26,700 bases of DNA. Origin: Octopus sinensis (Eukaryota). Below are positions 11,410 to 22,533 of the stretch, piece by piece (positions within the stretch are counted from its first letter, which is position 1; the number at the start of each line of letters is the position of its first letter). The notes beneath the pieces are model-generated. The model did no database searches and was not told the DNA's origin. It saw nothing but the letters and a program-made list of their open reading frames with translations. The translations under genes were made by a program, and so were the position numbers. The DNA lies in contig NW_021834723.1 of assembly GCF_006345805.1 (NCBI RefSeq), positions 1-26,700 on the forward strand. The letters run 5' to 3'.

Positions 11410-12919
11410 TGCATATGTGTATATATGTAGAAGCTATTTCTACACGTTCCCTCACGCTGGGCCAGTTTTATCCTAACCCTAATCATCACAAACATTTCAT
11501 ATAAAAGAGAGTAGAAGAGAAAGAGAGAAAGTAATAATGTTTATTTACTTTGTTATTAATAGATGAACCCAATCACTAATTTATAAGAAGTTACTGAAAT
11601 TTTACTTTAATCTAATCAATTTAGTTGGTAAGGGTGAATGTTTTTTCTGTGTGTTTACACACCATTCATTTATATCAATATATTCCGCCATCTTTTTTTG
11701 TTTTATTTACAAGTTTAAAATCTGGATACGTGTGTGTTTGTGTATGTATGTGTTTGCTTTATTTAGCACACACACTGTTATGTAGGTATGTATACATATA
11801 GACATGTATGTATGTATGAAAGTATGTATGCATGTATCTATCTATGTATATAAAAGAATGTGATGCATCTACGAATGGGTAAAAGAAACGGACGAAATGC
11901 ATTCTTTCTGGCGTTGCATGTTTGTCAACGAAAGAGGAAGAGAATCGCCAATACCTGTGAAATATATTGTATCGTTGCAGGACAACTACCGAATCGATAA
12001 ATGAAAAATGATAAAAACAAATCCTCTGCTTTAAAGAAAGATGTGGTTATGCCGTCAGCAAGCGAATGACGACAACTACTGAACGGCTCCTAGGAAAGTG
12101 ATGTACAGATCGACATCATAAATGAAAGATGTTTACGGTGTCAACATGTAAGGCCATATTAATCGCCAAATTGGCGAATGAAATGAGATAGCAATTCACT
12201 TTGAACCGTGGCATTAATTAGAAAATTATTATGGTATGAACACCAACCACAGAGTATGATTTCATTTCTTGCAGCATATTGAGACCTGTCATATTGATGT
12301 GGTCGTTACGTTTGAAAGAGAGAGCAGAAAATTAAAATTGGCGCAATCCGACCTAAAATTTTATTAAGTTCTCTTCTATTTCTGAGCCGCTAAAAGTTGT
12401 TAACAAATACCAGGAGCACCCAATAGGTAACCGGATCCTGTTAATATATTATGTGTTACAATTTAAATAATTTATGGGACACACACGCACAGACACACAC
12501 ACAAACACACACATGCACATGTCTACTAAGCAATGAGTATCTCAGCTTTCGATGCGCCATCATTAGGGCTATATGTATAAATTAATGAAATTATAAGCTA
12601 TTGTAGTCACTACAATAATTTGAGTATGTCGATAACAAAATGAAACCACAGCTTTATCTATCTCACTAAGGCAATCGAGGAGAAGGCAAACCTTTGATTC
12701 TTTACTAATTCCACTGTCCATTCCACACTTTTTGGATATTTTTCTGCAATCCCGGTTTATTATTTTTGTTGCGACTTCCAACGGATCAGTCTGAAGTACC
12801 TGATGAAAATGTGCAGCAAATACCTATGTGATATTCATGAAGTTACGTAAGATGCACCTAATGTGCTTTTGAAACATATGTAGTACTCGACTACCTCTTT
12901 TATTCTTTGTATTTACTAA

Positions 12920-12968
<49 letters not shown>

Positions 12969-13239
12969 GTCTGTCAGTCTGTCTATCTGTATATTTGTAT
13001 ATATATGTATATATGTATATACATATATTTATAGGTACATATGCTTATATGTGTGTGTATGTATGTATTTATGTATGCGTGTATATATGTATATGTATAT
13101 ATGCATGTATATATAATTCATTCGTTCTATTTTAATTCATGTAATTTATATTCTTTTCAACGCCGCCATTTATCATCGTTCTTATCTACCTTATCACACT
13201 GGCGAAAAAATAATTTGATGAGTTTAGAATATACATACA

Positions 13240-13247
13240 TACGTACG

Positions 13248-13279
<32 letters not shown>

Positions 13280-13356
13280 ACGTACGTATGTATGTATATT
13301 CTAAACTCATATATATAAATATATATATAATATATATATTATATATAAATATATAT

Positions 13357-13422
<66 letters not shown>

Positions 13423-13570
13423 GTGATGTGTGTGTGTGTGGTGTGTGTGTGTATGTGTGTGTGTGTAAGTATAATATATATAATATATGTATATATATGT
13501 GTATATATATATATATGTATATTGTATATATATATATATATATATATAAGTCTGTATGTATATATGTTAT
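13240..13570. repeat. (TA)n-rich and (TG)n compound microsatellite block
   Basis: Direct reading. Confidence 0.93.
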
Positions 13571-13864
13571 ATGTGTGTGCCTATGCGTATACACACATGC
13601 ATACATAAATCATCGATTGAAGAGAAAGCAAAAAAGATGTGTCTAAATGCCCCGAGAACCCCAAACCTACGTAAGACAATCCTAAAATCACGCCCACCGG
13701 TTCACTTGGTTTATCTGTATTTACGCAGTGTCTATATTTAGCCATATTACTCATTCGTTTCCTTATATTACATAACAGCAGTGTAGGGACTGATTATCAC
13801 TTTACTTATCTGTTGTTATGTAATGCATGGGTCGCTAAGGAAGATATGAGGCTTTTAACAGTTG

Positions 13865-14385
13865 GGCATGGCTGGGTAGTTCCAAATATTTCACTTCGTA
13901 ACTGGGTTCGATCCCTGTACGTTATACTTTATTTTTAGACAATGGCCCAGTGGTTAGGGCAGCGGACTTGCGGTCATAGGATCGCGGTTTCGATTCCCAG
14001 ACCGGGCTTTGTGAGTGTTTATTGAGCGAAAACAACTTAAAGCTCCACGAGGCTCCGGTAGGGGATGGTGGTGATCCCTGCTGTACTCTATCACCACAAC
14101 TTTCTCTCACTCTTACTTCCTGTTTCTGTTGTACCTGTATTTCAAAGGGCCGGCCTTGTCACTCTCTGTGTCACGCTGAATATCCCCGAGAACTACGTTA
14201 AGGGTGCACGTGTCTGTGGAGTGCTCAGCCACTTACACGTTAATTTCACGACGGAACCCTCGTCGTCGTAACCGACGGAGTGCTTCCCCAAACTTTATTT
14301 TTGGAGCTTTTATCTACTAAAGCGACGGCTTAACCAGTTTCTTTGTTAGTGGAATTTCATAGATGGAATGAGCATGCATGCTCGC
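13865..14385 (+). mobile_element. Old SINE of the 24028 family, split by a younger SINE into 13865-13936 and 14303-14385
   Basis: A-box TGGCTGGGTAG at 13869 and B-box GGTTCGATCC at 13905. After the insertion, tctactaaagc...tttgttagtggaatttcatagatggaa matches tctactatagc...cttgtgagtggatttggtagacggaa of the in-window copy at ~24113-24170. Confidence 0.7.
13937..14291 (+). mobile_element. Near-full-length tRNA-derived SINE with 11-bp TSD ACTTTATTTTT
   Basis: A-box TGGCCCAGTGG at 13943-13953, B-box GGTTTCGATTCC at 13986-13997, tRNA-like head, unrelated body. TSD at 13926-13936 and 14292-14302. Confidence 0.9.
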
Positions 14386-14599
14386 CCCAAACATATATGC
14401 ATGCATAAATACCATATATGTTAGGTGAGAACTGGTGCATTCGAGCAGAGATACACTGCACTATTTAATTCCCTACTGATTTCTCTACCCTTACGCCAAT
14501 ACGGACTTTACGCTTCGTATTATATTACAACCCTAAAATGAATACCAAATGATTTCCTAAAGTCCAACACCTCTAAAGTCCAGCCGCCCGCCTAATCTC

Positions 14600-14760
14600 C
14601 AACCCCTCCTCATCGTGGTAAGGGGGTGAAACGGGAGTGTCAGACCCATGCCGTCGGAGACTTCGGTTTTTGGTAGGGCCACCCAAGGCGGATTGTTCTG
14701 ACACACAGCGGTATAAGGGCTGCATCTGATCCGGCAACCCGCGGCTTCAAACCGTCTTGT
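14600..14760 (+). mobile_element. RTE/BovB-like LINE 5' UTR remnant without a following ORF
   Basis: Colinear blocks tcgtggtaagggg, ccatgccgt, agggccacccaaggcgga, gttctgaca and ggcaacc resemble, from memory, the BovB/RTE 5' UTR (tcgtggcgaagggg...ccatgccgt..agggccacccaagacgga...gttctgaca...ggcaaacc). GC-rich island in AT-rich DNA. Confidence 0.55.
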
Positions 14761-15849
14761 CCCCAATTTTCGTAAAGTAGTTTTACCAAATCTGCTAATT
14801 CCTTCTGCAATTCGAAGATTATGTGTGTTTGCAATTAATAATAATAACAGTCAATATTTTGATAAGATACACGTAAACAGGACGCAAAAAAAGGAGAGTC
14901 TCTATTACATTGTTGATTTGACTGCTAGAAATATCAACCAAAATCCCCTTGAAATCTCAGACTTCCGTCGTATAAACAGAAGAACGTATTGTTTATTATG
15001 GTCATAGATTCTATATGTGTGAAAAAAGAAAACGGATTTGGATGATCGCTACTAGAATACCTTTAATTCTAAGTTTGCTCAATAAGGAATCAGATGGTCT
15101 ACACCAACCAAAGTCCGCCAAGAAGAAGAACAATTGCAACAAGACAAACTCTAAACAACATTAAAAATATCATCGATAGTAAAAAACAAGAAATAAAATA
15201 GAAAATAAATATAACGTAATTAATATACCAGGTAAGAATTGAAACCGTGTGTCCGATTTCACAGAAATGTTTAGTACTTCAATTTGTTTTGATTGTTAAA
15301 ATTCACAGTTTATAGCTTGAAAACTTAATTCAATATAAAGTGGAATATTGCGGATTTAAAGTTCCAAGAATTCTCAGAAAACGTTGACAGGTTTATGTAA
15401 GTGGTTATTTCGCAGATCTTCGTCTCAGTTATTTTCCGTCCTTTTTATGATATTTGTGACACAATTGGCAGCTGAATCCAACAACGACAGGCTTAGATTC
15501 ATTGTAGTTCCAGAGGTTGAATGGAATCAACGAAAAACGAAGACTGACTTCTCTGCTGACATCTTGTGCTGTCATTTATATTAAAGTAGGGTATTATCAA
15601 AATCAAACGAGAAGCAGGTTGAATTTGTGAAGTTAGGTAAGAATTTAAATGACTGACGATAATAGATTAAATATTGCCTCGTTTCGTTTATTGGTTTGCA
15701 ATAACAACGACACCTACCGGTGTGGAAAGGCTGAGTAGAGGGAGCAGCTTAAGAGTTTCGAGTTCAAATGTAATAGATCTAATAGAAAGATTTACTGTGG
15801 GTTTGTTTTATTTATTTTTATATTAGAAGTAGAATTGAATCGTTTCACT

Positions 15850-16070
15850 TTGACCGGCAGATTTAAAAAAATAATTTTTTGTCATTAAACACTTTTAAAC
15901 TTCGTATACTGGTAGAATGTGTCACATAAAACATCTTTTTCTCTTGGCGTTCTTGAGAAAATTCTGTAGTTTGTAAGCTATTTGTTGTTAAATTTCTCGT
16001 ATTTCAGCACTTCACCCAATCAATGACGTCTCTTGAGGTAGAATTAGCTGTTTATTCCCAGACGAGCTGT
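15850..16070. mobile_element. Octopus interspersed repeat fragment, probably DNA-transposon derived
   Basis: tttgaccggcag...gtcattaaaacact...cttcgtatactggtagaatgtgtcacataaaacatc...ccaatcaatgacgt is recognised from memory as a high-copy octopus repeat; no in-window second copy. Confidence 0.4.
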
Positions 16071-16278
16071 GATTGGAGCGGGGGAAGAAATCTATGATTA
16101 GCGGTGTTTCAACCAACACCATTCTTTTTTTCATATCTTTGCTGTCATTTTGTATAACAATGTTTACAATGCCTAATTTCATGGCAAAATGCTGGAGTTT
16201 TAGCGGGTTTTCATTGTTATTATTTACAAGTTCAACAACAACGTAGACCTTCACCTCCATTTGGTTCGATAGCAAGTT

Positions 16279-16321
<43 letters not shown>

Positions 16322-16433
16322 TACGAAAGAGAAGAAAAGAGAGGAAAGAGAGGGAAAGAAGAGTAAGAAGGGAAGAAGAAACGAGAAGGGGAGAGAGAGA
16401 CAGAGAAAGAAATAGAATGAGAGAGATTGAGGA

Positions 16434-16488
<55 letters not shown>
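16279..16488. repeat. (GA)n/(GACA)n polypurine tract
   Basis: Direct reading. Confidence 0.95.
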
Positions 16489-17491
16489 CAAAAAGTTGAC
16501 TCTTGTCTTGCCTCGAAAAATTCGAAGAAAGATTCTTACATAACCGAAATAATGTCATCAGAATGAATTTGAGACATGGCAATCTATGGTAAACACTGGA
16601 ATCGATGGAAAATCAACAATACTGACCGATATGAGATCATTAGGAGAAGTTAAAAAGAGATTTCGATTACATCATGTGACTATGGAAATGTTCTATAAAA
16701 CTGGAATCGAAGCAAATCTTACGTCCCCCCCACCTCACATTTGTTTCTGCTGAATCTCAATGGCCAGCTTTTAAAAACTTTGTGATTTTGGTATGAAATC
16801 CATCATCGACATTGGTTCTCTGCCGCATAACTTCGAGGGAACAATCTACACATACATACAGATGCACACACGCACATACATGCAGATACATATACATATT
16901 CGCACACAATTCAAATAAACACTTGCGCACACCTAGAGAAACACACACGCATATATACGCAAATATATGCAAATACATACACTGAATATAGATACACACG
17001 TACATACACTTATGTACAAACACCCACACACACATTACACTTACCAACGCCAAACAATTCTCCCAGAAACCATTGTTATTGATCACAGAATATATACATG
17101 GACTTGGGTCGAAGCTGAAGAATTTGGAAGCTTTCTTTTATTTAATCACGCATAAAATAATCTAAATTTTAAGATGCTGAAGTCATTGACGATCGGGTTG
17201 ATGTAAGAAGCATCGGGTAGTTGAAATATCATCGATAAACGGAAGGCTGGACGAGAGATTTCATTAGAATATGGCGGAAATGTTACTCTCTAAACCAATG
17301 TTAAATCGTCGAAGAAAAAAAACCATAGAATAAATAAATAAAAACAAACATCATTTTCAAGACGTGTCGCTCAGAACACACCCAAACATTTTTTTTTATG
17401 AATCCATTCAAAATAATTGCCACTCAAAACTTCCTGTCAAGTGCAGAAAGTCTATTTAAAGAATAATAAAAGCAACTAAACTTGTAACGAA

Positions 17492-17533
17492 ATTATTATT
17501 CTTATTGTTATTATTATTATTATATTATTATTA

Positions 17534-17565
<32 letters not shown>

Positions 17566-17590
17566 GTTGTTGTTATTATTATTATTATTA

Positions 17591-17649
<59 letters not shown>

Positions 17650-17676
17650 GTTGTTGTTGTATTATTATTATTATTA

Positions 17677-17745
<69 letters not shown>

Positions 17746-17750
17746 TAATT
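17492..17750. repeat. (TAT)n microsatellite with TGT interruptions, about 250 bp
   Basis: Direct reading. Confidence 0.97.
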
Positions 17751-18351
17751 TATTTTAATATGTATCTTGGAATAAGCTGATATTTTCGAAGTGGTTGTGT
17801 AAGAGACTTGGATTCATCAATTTTATTCTTAATGAAGAAAGCAATTCGTTTGGAATATTTTATTGGCAAGAAAATTCTGGAATAGTTCAATGGTTATCCT
17901 GTTTACATTGAAGGGGGTGGGGTGATGGTGGTGATGTTGGTCGTCGTCGCCGTGGTTAAGGAGATATGAGGTTTGGTTTTGAACAGTTTATATATTAGAT
18001 TTTTGTAAAATGCTGTTTAATCGTATTTTAGCATGATTCTGTATACTGAACAAGTGGTGAGAGATATTATTAGCGAGAAAGGAGGAGTCAGCGAAATACA
18101 TTCCATTGATAGAAAGCCTAACTGTGAGGGGGAAATATAAGAAGATAAATGCATTATGCACTTTATATGTCCCGATGGATTGCTTCACGGATTTTGCAGT
18201 TTGTCATTTATAAAAATATATATAATTGATATAAATTTATTTCTAAAAGAACAAAAATAAAAAATGAAATTCAACGAATTGAACAAGCAGACATCATCAT
18301 CATCATCCTCATCATGATCACGATCATGATCATCATCATCATTTTTAAGCC

Positions 18352-18510
18352 AGTGAGCAGATAGAATCATTACAGCAGCATCTCGTGCGTCTTTTTTCTG
18401 AGTTCCAATATCGCTGAGGTGAACTTTGCGGTCCGACCTATCGTGATCGATGAAAATAAAGCAGAAGTTACGTATTTGCAGTTTATGATACCGACTAACT
18501 GCTTCTCCTT
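18352..18510 (+). mobile_element. Decayed SINE of the 1429-1632 family
   Basis: tctgagttccaatatcgctgaggtgaactttgc...gatcgatgaaaataa resembles the reverse complement of ~1530-1590. Confidence 0.6.
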
Positions 18511-18541
18511 AAAATTATTAGCTTTCTTTCAAAATTAGAAG

Positions 18542-18572
<31 letters not shown>

Positions 18573-18966
18573 GGAGTGACGGTTAAAGTCAAAGAGATGA
18601 AAATTTCGAGTTGATATTTTTATTTTGAAAGTTAGCGAATCTAATTTTCTGATTCGATCTTATCTGATGAGTAGCGTAGCTTTAGTTATTTCACAAGCAA
18701 CTCAAATTTGTGAGTTTTCCATGTTAAACAACTTCTGGTTGAAGGTATTTACATAACACAGAGAGTTGCAGCAAGCCTCAGGTATATATAAATACCAAGC
18801 TTCTCCCCATTGGCAATCTGTGTTATCTGCATATTAGGAGAAGCGGATACATAGACAAACTATTCTCGTTAACATCTTGTTGTCAGAGTTTATAAGGTTG
18901 TATTTGTGAGTGAATTCCAACTCTGAGGCATACAGAATCAGTATTTTGCATGGCTATGTGTATAGA

Positions 18967-19025
<59 letters not shown>

Positions 19026-19289
19026 ACACATATCTATACATAGATCATTCATATATATATATATACACACATTAATATTTTGTATATAGGTGGATATGTG
19101 TGTGTGTGTGTGTATTGTTTGGTGCCATAGATGCTCGAATATACAGACCACCAAAAATACAAGGAAGAGACAGTCAGAAAACTTTTTGTTCCAACGTGAT
19201 TGCTTTGTAACTTTGACCAAATTTTAAAACTTTTTAATGGTCTCTCCCTTAGCAATATAAAATCACATTAAATTGCTTTCAACGTTTGT

Positions 19290-19440
19290 CACAGGGCCCG
19301 TTATTTTGAGGGCGAGGAAAGTCAATGACATGGGCCCCAGAATCCAACTGTTACTTATTTTATCGACTCCAAAAAGATGAAAGGTAAAGTCAACCTCGGC
19401 GGGATTTGAACTCAGTATTTTAACTCGGAAGAAAGGATCA
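19290..19440 (-). mobile_element. Decayed SINE of the 1429-1632 family
   Basis: ttatcgactccaaaaagatgaaaggtaaagtcaacctcggcgggatttgaactc is nearly identical to ttatcgaccccgaaaggatgaaaggcaaagtcgaccccggcggaatttgaactc at ~1534-1587. Confidence 0.85.
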
Positions 19441-20819
19441 TTAAATTGATGTAACACATCAAATTTGGCCCTTTCATGTCGATCTCTTTTTTCTTACTTT
19501 CTATATCCCGAAGCACATTATCAAATGTATATTAAACAGTTAAAAATGTAACCTGAGGTATCCTTATATTTACAATACACACAGACGCCCCTGCAACAGA
19601 GGATGAAGCTGTGGAGGCGTCTGGAGAGACGTCCATCTTTTCACCTATATTTCAGTTTTCGTGCGATTAATCTACGAAAGTGGTGGTAATTCCTTTTCAC
19701 AGATCCGCCTGATACCACAGTCAGCGCAAACAAAGATTTCTCATCATTTGTTTGTGGCTTGTAAGAGTTTGCTCTGGTTCCAGAATCAATAAGAGAGCGG
19801 GATATCAAACAACTAGTTCACTCTTTTGTCTCTGATTCCGAAGGTTAGTAACAAACTCCTGATTCAGGAGAGTCATGCAAAATCAACTCGAGTGTAGGAT
19901 CGGAGGATTTGGATGACCGAGTTTGGTAATAAAAGGCTGACACCACAGAGATTGTAAAACAGCTTGAGGCAAATTTAAATATTCGGAGTACTTTTGCTGA
20001 AATTCTTATTACACTTGCTGACCTCCAATAATGATCTTGGCTAAAGTCATAGCCAAAGTATTCAAAGAAAAGGTGAAATAAACATTGGAGTTACTTTATC
20101 CTATACAAGAACGGCATGAGTTACTCCCATGAGTTATTGCAAGCTCTTCGTCTGAATCTATCGAAATGTCAGAACTCCTTCTCTATTATCAGAAAGTATC
20201 TCACACTCACAAGCGTTCCGTCCTTAGCCTGCATGCTTGGTCTGAGTTGGTCAATGAGGACGGAATTACTTTTCGTCTGCGGAAGGTTTCCACATGCCTG
20301 AGGCCCTTTGTTAACCGCAGCGACCTTACGTTTGTTTCAGCTGAAACGCAAATCTCCTTAGTGGCTTTCTTCATTTACTAGTGGTCCAGGCGTATCTTTT
20401 GCAGGAAATAGTGCACCGATATAGCTGGGAGGAGGGGCATTACGTGGATAACGAACACACGCACTGATGCTATTTCACCTCTTTTCTTTTATGATGCGAA
20501 GCCGTCGAGTGCATATTCTGATTGCCAGAGCTTAGAATATTTCACTCTCATATTTGGCCTGTAAGAGCAAAGCAAATACAAAAGACATAATACGTGATTT
20601 AAAAAGTTTAAAATATTTCAATGCATTAAAACTGCCTTCACAACTATAGCCACTGTCCTACTTTTTCTGATTAACCTATTCAGAACAATCGACAACGTCT
20701 TCCATCCTCTCGAGGTCCACGAAATACATTAGCATTCAGTCATGCAATGGTTGAGATATAATGAAGAATACCTTTGAATGCGCTGCTTCATCAGAAAGTC
20801 AACGATCAAGAAGAGAGTC

Positions 20820-21045
20820 TCTTGGTGGCTGATCGACCTGCTAGACATAGCAGTCAAATCCTTTCAAATTAGACCATACGATCTTAAAAGTAGACACACA
20901 GGATGCAGTGTTCCCCAGTGCATTATATATGAGAATAAATTCGGGATGGTCGTGTCTGGAAAAATCTTTACTGATAGTATACATTTGTCAGAGCCAACCT
21001 TGGGCTAAGCAATTACAACATCAACAACAATAACAATAACGAAAA
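20820..21045 (+). mobile_element. Copy of the (AAC)n-tailed retroposon family
   Basis: tagacatagcagtcaaatcc...gggatggtc...ctggaa...ttgggctaagcaa and an (aac)-rich tail, colinear with 6884-7098. Confidence 0.6.
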
Positions 21046-21241
21046 ACAGTTAAAAACATTCGTTGGAAAAAAAAAAAGATTAGAAACGAACGTGAACAAC
21101 AACGAACGCCATTTTTCACTATTGAAGTCTCACATATCAATTAAGTGTCTTTAGAATTCATGGCGCATTTCCCCTTTGATGCTAATTAGTTTAAAACTAA
21201 ATGAGTAAACATTTGATTACCTCGGGTGATTTGTTGTCGGT

Positions 21242-21550
21242 GTCATCATCGCCACCGTCATCATCATCATCATCGCCACCGTCATCATCATCATCGCCAC
21301 CGTCATCATCATCATCGCCACCGTCATCATCATCATCGCCACCGTCATCATCATCATCATCCTCGCCATCATCATCATCATCATCGCCACCGTCATCATC
21401 ATCGCCACCGTCATCATCATCCTCGCCACCGTCATCATCATCATCGCCACCGTCATCATCATCCTCGCCACCGTCATCATCATCATCGCCACCGTCATCA
21501 TCATCATCGCCACCGTCATCATCATCCTCGCCATCATCATCATCGTCGTC
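21242..21550. repeat. Minisatellite, about 14 units of GCCACCG(TCA)nTC, 18-27 bp
   Basis: gccaccg recurs at ~21250, 21275, 21296, 21317, 21338, 21386, 21404, 21425, 21446, 21467, 21488 and 21509, with gccatc variants at ~21365 and ~21530. Confidence 0.95.
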
Positions 21551-21683
21551 AACTTAGTCGTCGTCTTGAAATATTCTGAAATGATGGAAGTGTTAGGCTT
21601 CGTGGTGCATCACCAGAATATGAGGATTATTTGGAAATTTCTATAAAGCCATACACCCCCACCACACCCCCATACAAACATGC

Positions 21684-21736
<53 letters not shown>

Positions 21737-21920
21737 GGTCCCGGGTTGAGTCGGGGTTAACCACAGTCAATAAGGTACTCAATACATAGCAGAGTAAATT
21801 AATTTATTTTATAGAAGGAGTTTCTACAGGACTAGAACTGTTTCATTCAAAAGAAATCATCAGGAGATTTCTTTTGAATGAAACAGTTCTAGTCATGTAG
21901 AAGCTCCTTCTATAAAATAA

Positions 21921-21922
<2 letters not shown>
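21737..21922 (-). mobile_element. Penelope-like element pseudo-LTR remnant arranged as an inverted repeat, flanked by (TA)n on both sides
   Basis: 57-bp arms at 21802-21858 and 21866-21922 (2 mismatches, 7-nt spacer). The minus strand has a hammerhead core, then AATAAA, then a 65-bp tail ending in (TA)n. Inverted pLTRs carrying hammerheads are a known PLE trait. Confidence 0.7.
21817..21865 (-). ncRNA. Type I hammerhead ribozyme motif; core intact, stem I 5' strand truncated by the inversion
   Basis: Minus strand: tc-CUGAUGA-UUUC(UUUU)GAAU-GAA-ACAG(uucuaguc)CUGU-A^GAAAC. Stem III is 4 bp, cleavage triplet GUA (plus 21825-21827). Only 2-3 bp of stem I are possible in cis. Confidence 0.7.
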
Positions 21923-21951
<29 letters not shown>

Positions 21952-22531
21952 ACATCAAGTACGTTAGGGGTTATGGCTGTAACCCACTAAGGGATAATAT
22001 TTATCCAATATACTGTTGGTAAAGTACCCAAATTCTTAATACACAAATGTTTTTAATTGCAATGCAATAAACTTATTTATTGTATTAAACGGGTGAAGGT
22101 AAAGAAATATTTTACCATTAATTTATAATTCAAATAAGAAACTGGAGAAACAATTTAGTTGGTTCATCAGCTTTCGGATATTAGAATGTTGAATTATTTA
22201 TTCATTTAAGAAAAATGTGAACCTTAATAGTATACAAATATGCGTTATAATTCAATGCATATAAGATAATGTAATAGTCCTTAGTTGGTATGGGTATATC
22301 TTTTAGTGATGAATCCATCCGTATTATCTCCATTTTCCCAACAGTATTCATTTTGAGGGATTATTATGCTATACTTAAATGTATTCACTTATACTAGCAA
22401 TACTCCAAATGTTGCATTGATAATTCATACATATACAAGTATTAGTAATGGATATTCCTCATATAATTAAATTTATGGATAAATACTATCCCTTAGTGAG
22501 TTGGATCCATAACCCTTAACTTACTTGATGT
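21952..22531. mobile_element. MITE / non-autonomous DNA transposon, 580 bp, 56-bp TIRs, probable TA target (Tc1/mariner type)
   Basis: Left TIR 21952-22007 (acatcaagtacgttaggggttatggctgtaacccactaagggataatatttatcca) versus reverse complement of 22476-22531: 49/56 identical. AT-rich non-coding interior; TA dinucleotides at both junctions. Confidence 0.9.
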
Positions 22532-22533
22532 AA

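Noticed and set aside
14370-14383. 14-bp perfect palindrome GAGCATGCATGCTC
   Set aside because: Built on a short (CATG/ATGC) repeat at the end of a decayed SINE; no further support.
14590-14650. Possible hammerhead using the 14602-14627 hairpin as stem II and GAAAC...GTC
   Set aside because: No CUGANGA upstream and no stem I complementarity.
15229-15236. Strong-looking splice donor CAG|GTAAGA
   Set aside because: No credible upstream exon frame or partner acceptor; such motifs are common by chance.
16012-16270. About 85-codon non-repetitive open frame on the minus strand (MEVKVYVVVELV...ETSLIG)
   Set aside because: No recognisable domain, a few open frames this long are expected by chance in the window, and its 3' part overlaps a probable repeat.
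16530-16565. CTGATGA on the minus strand followed by a weak hairpin
   Set aside because: No GAAA after stem II. The CTGATGA/CTGACGA hits near 1698, 8259, 12801, 18664, 20786 and 22165 fail for the same reason.
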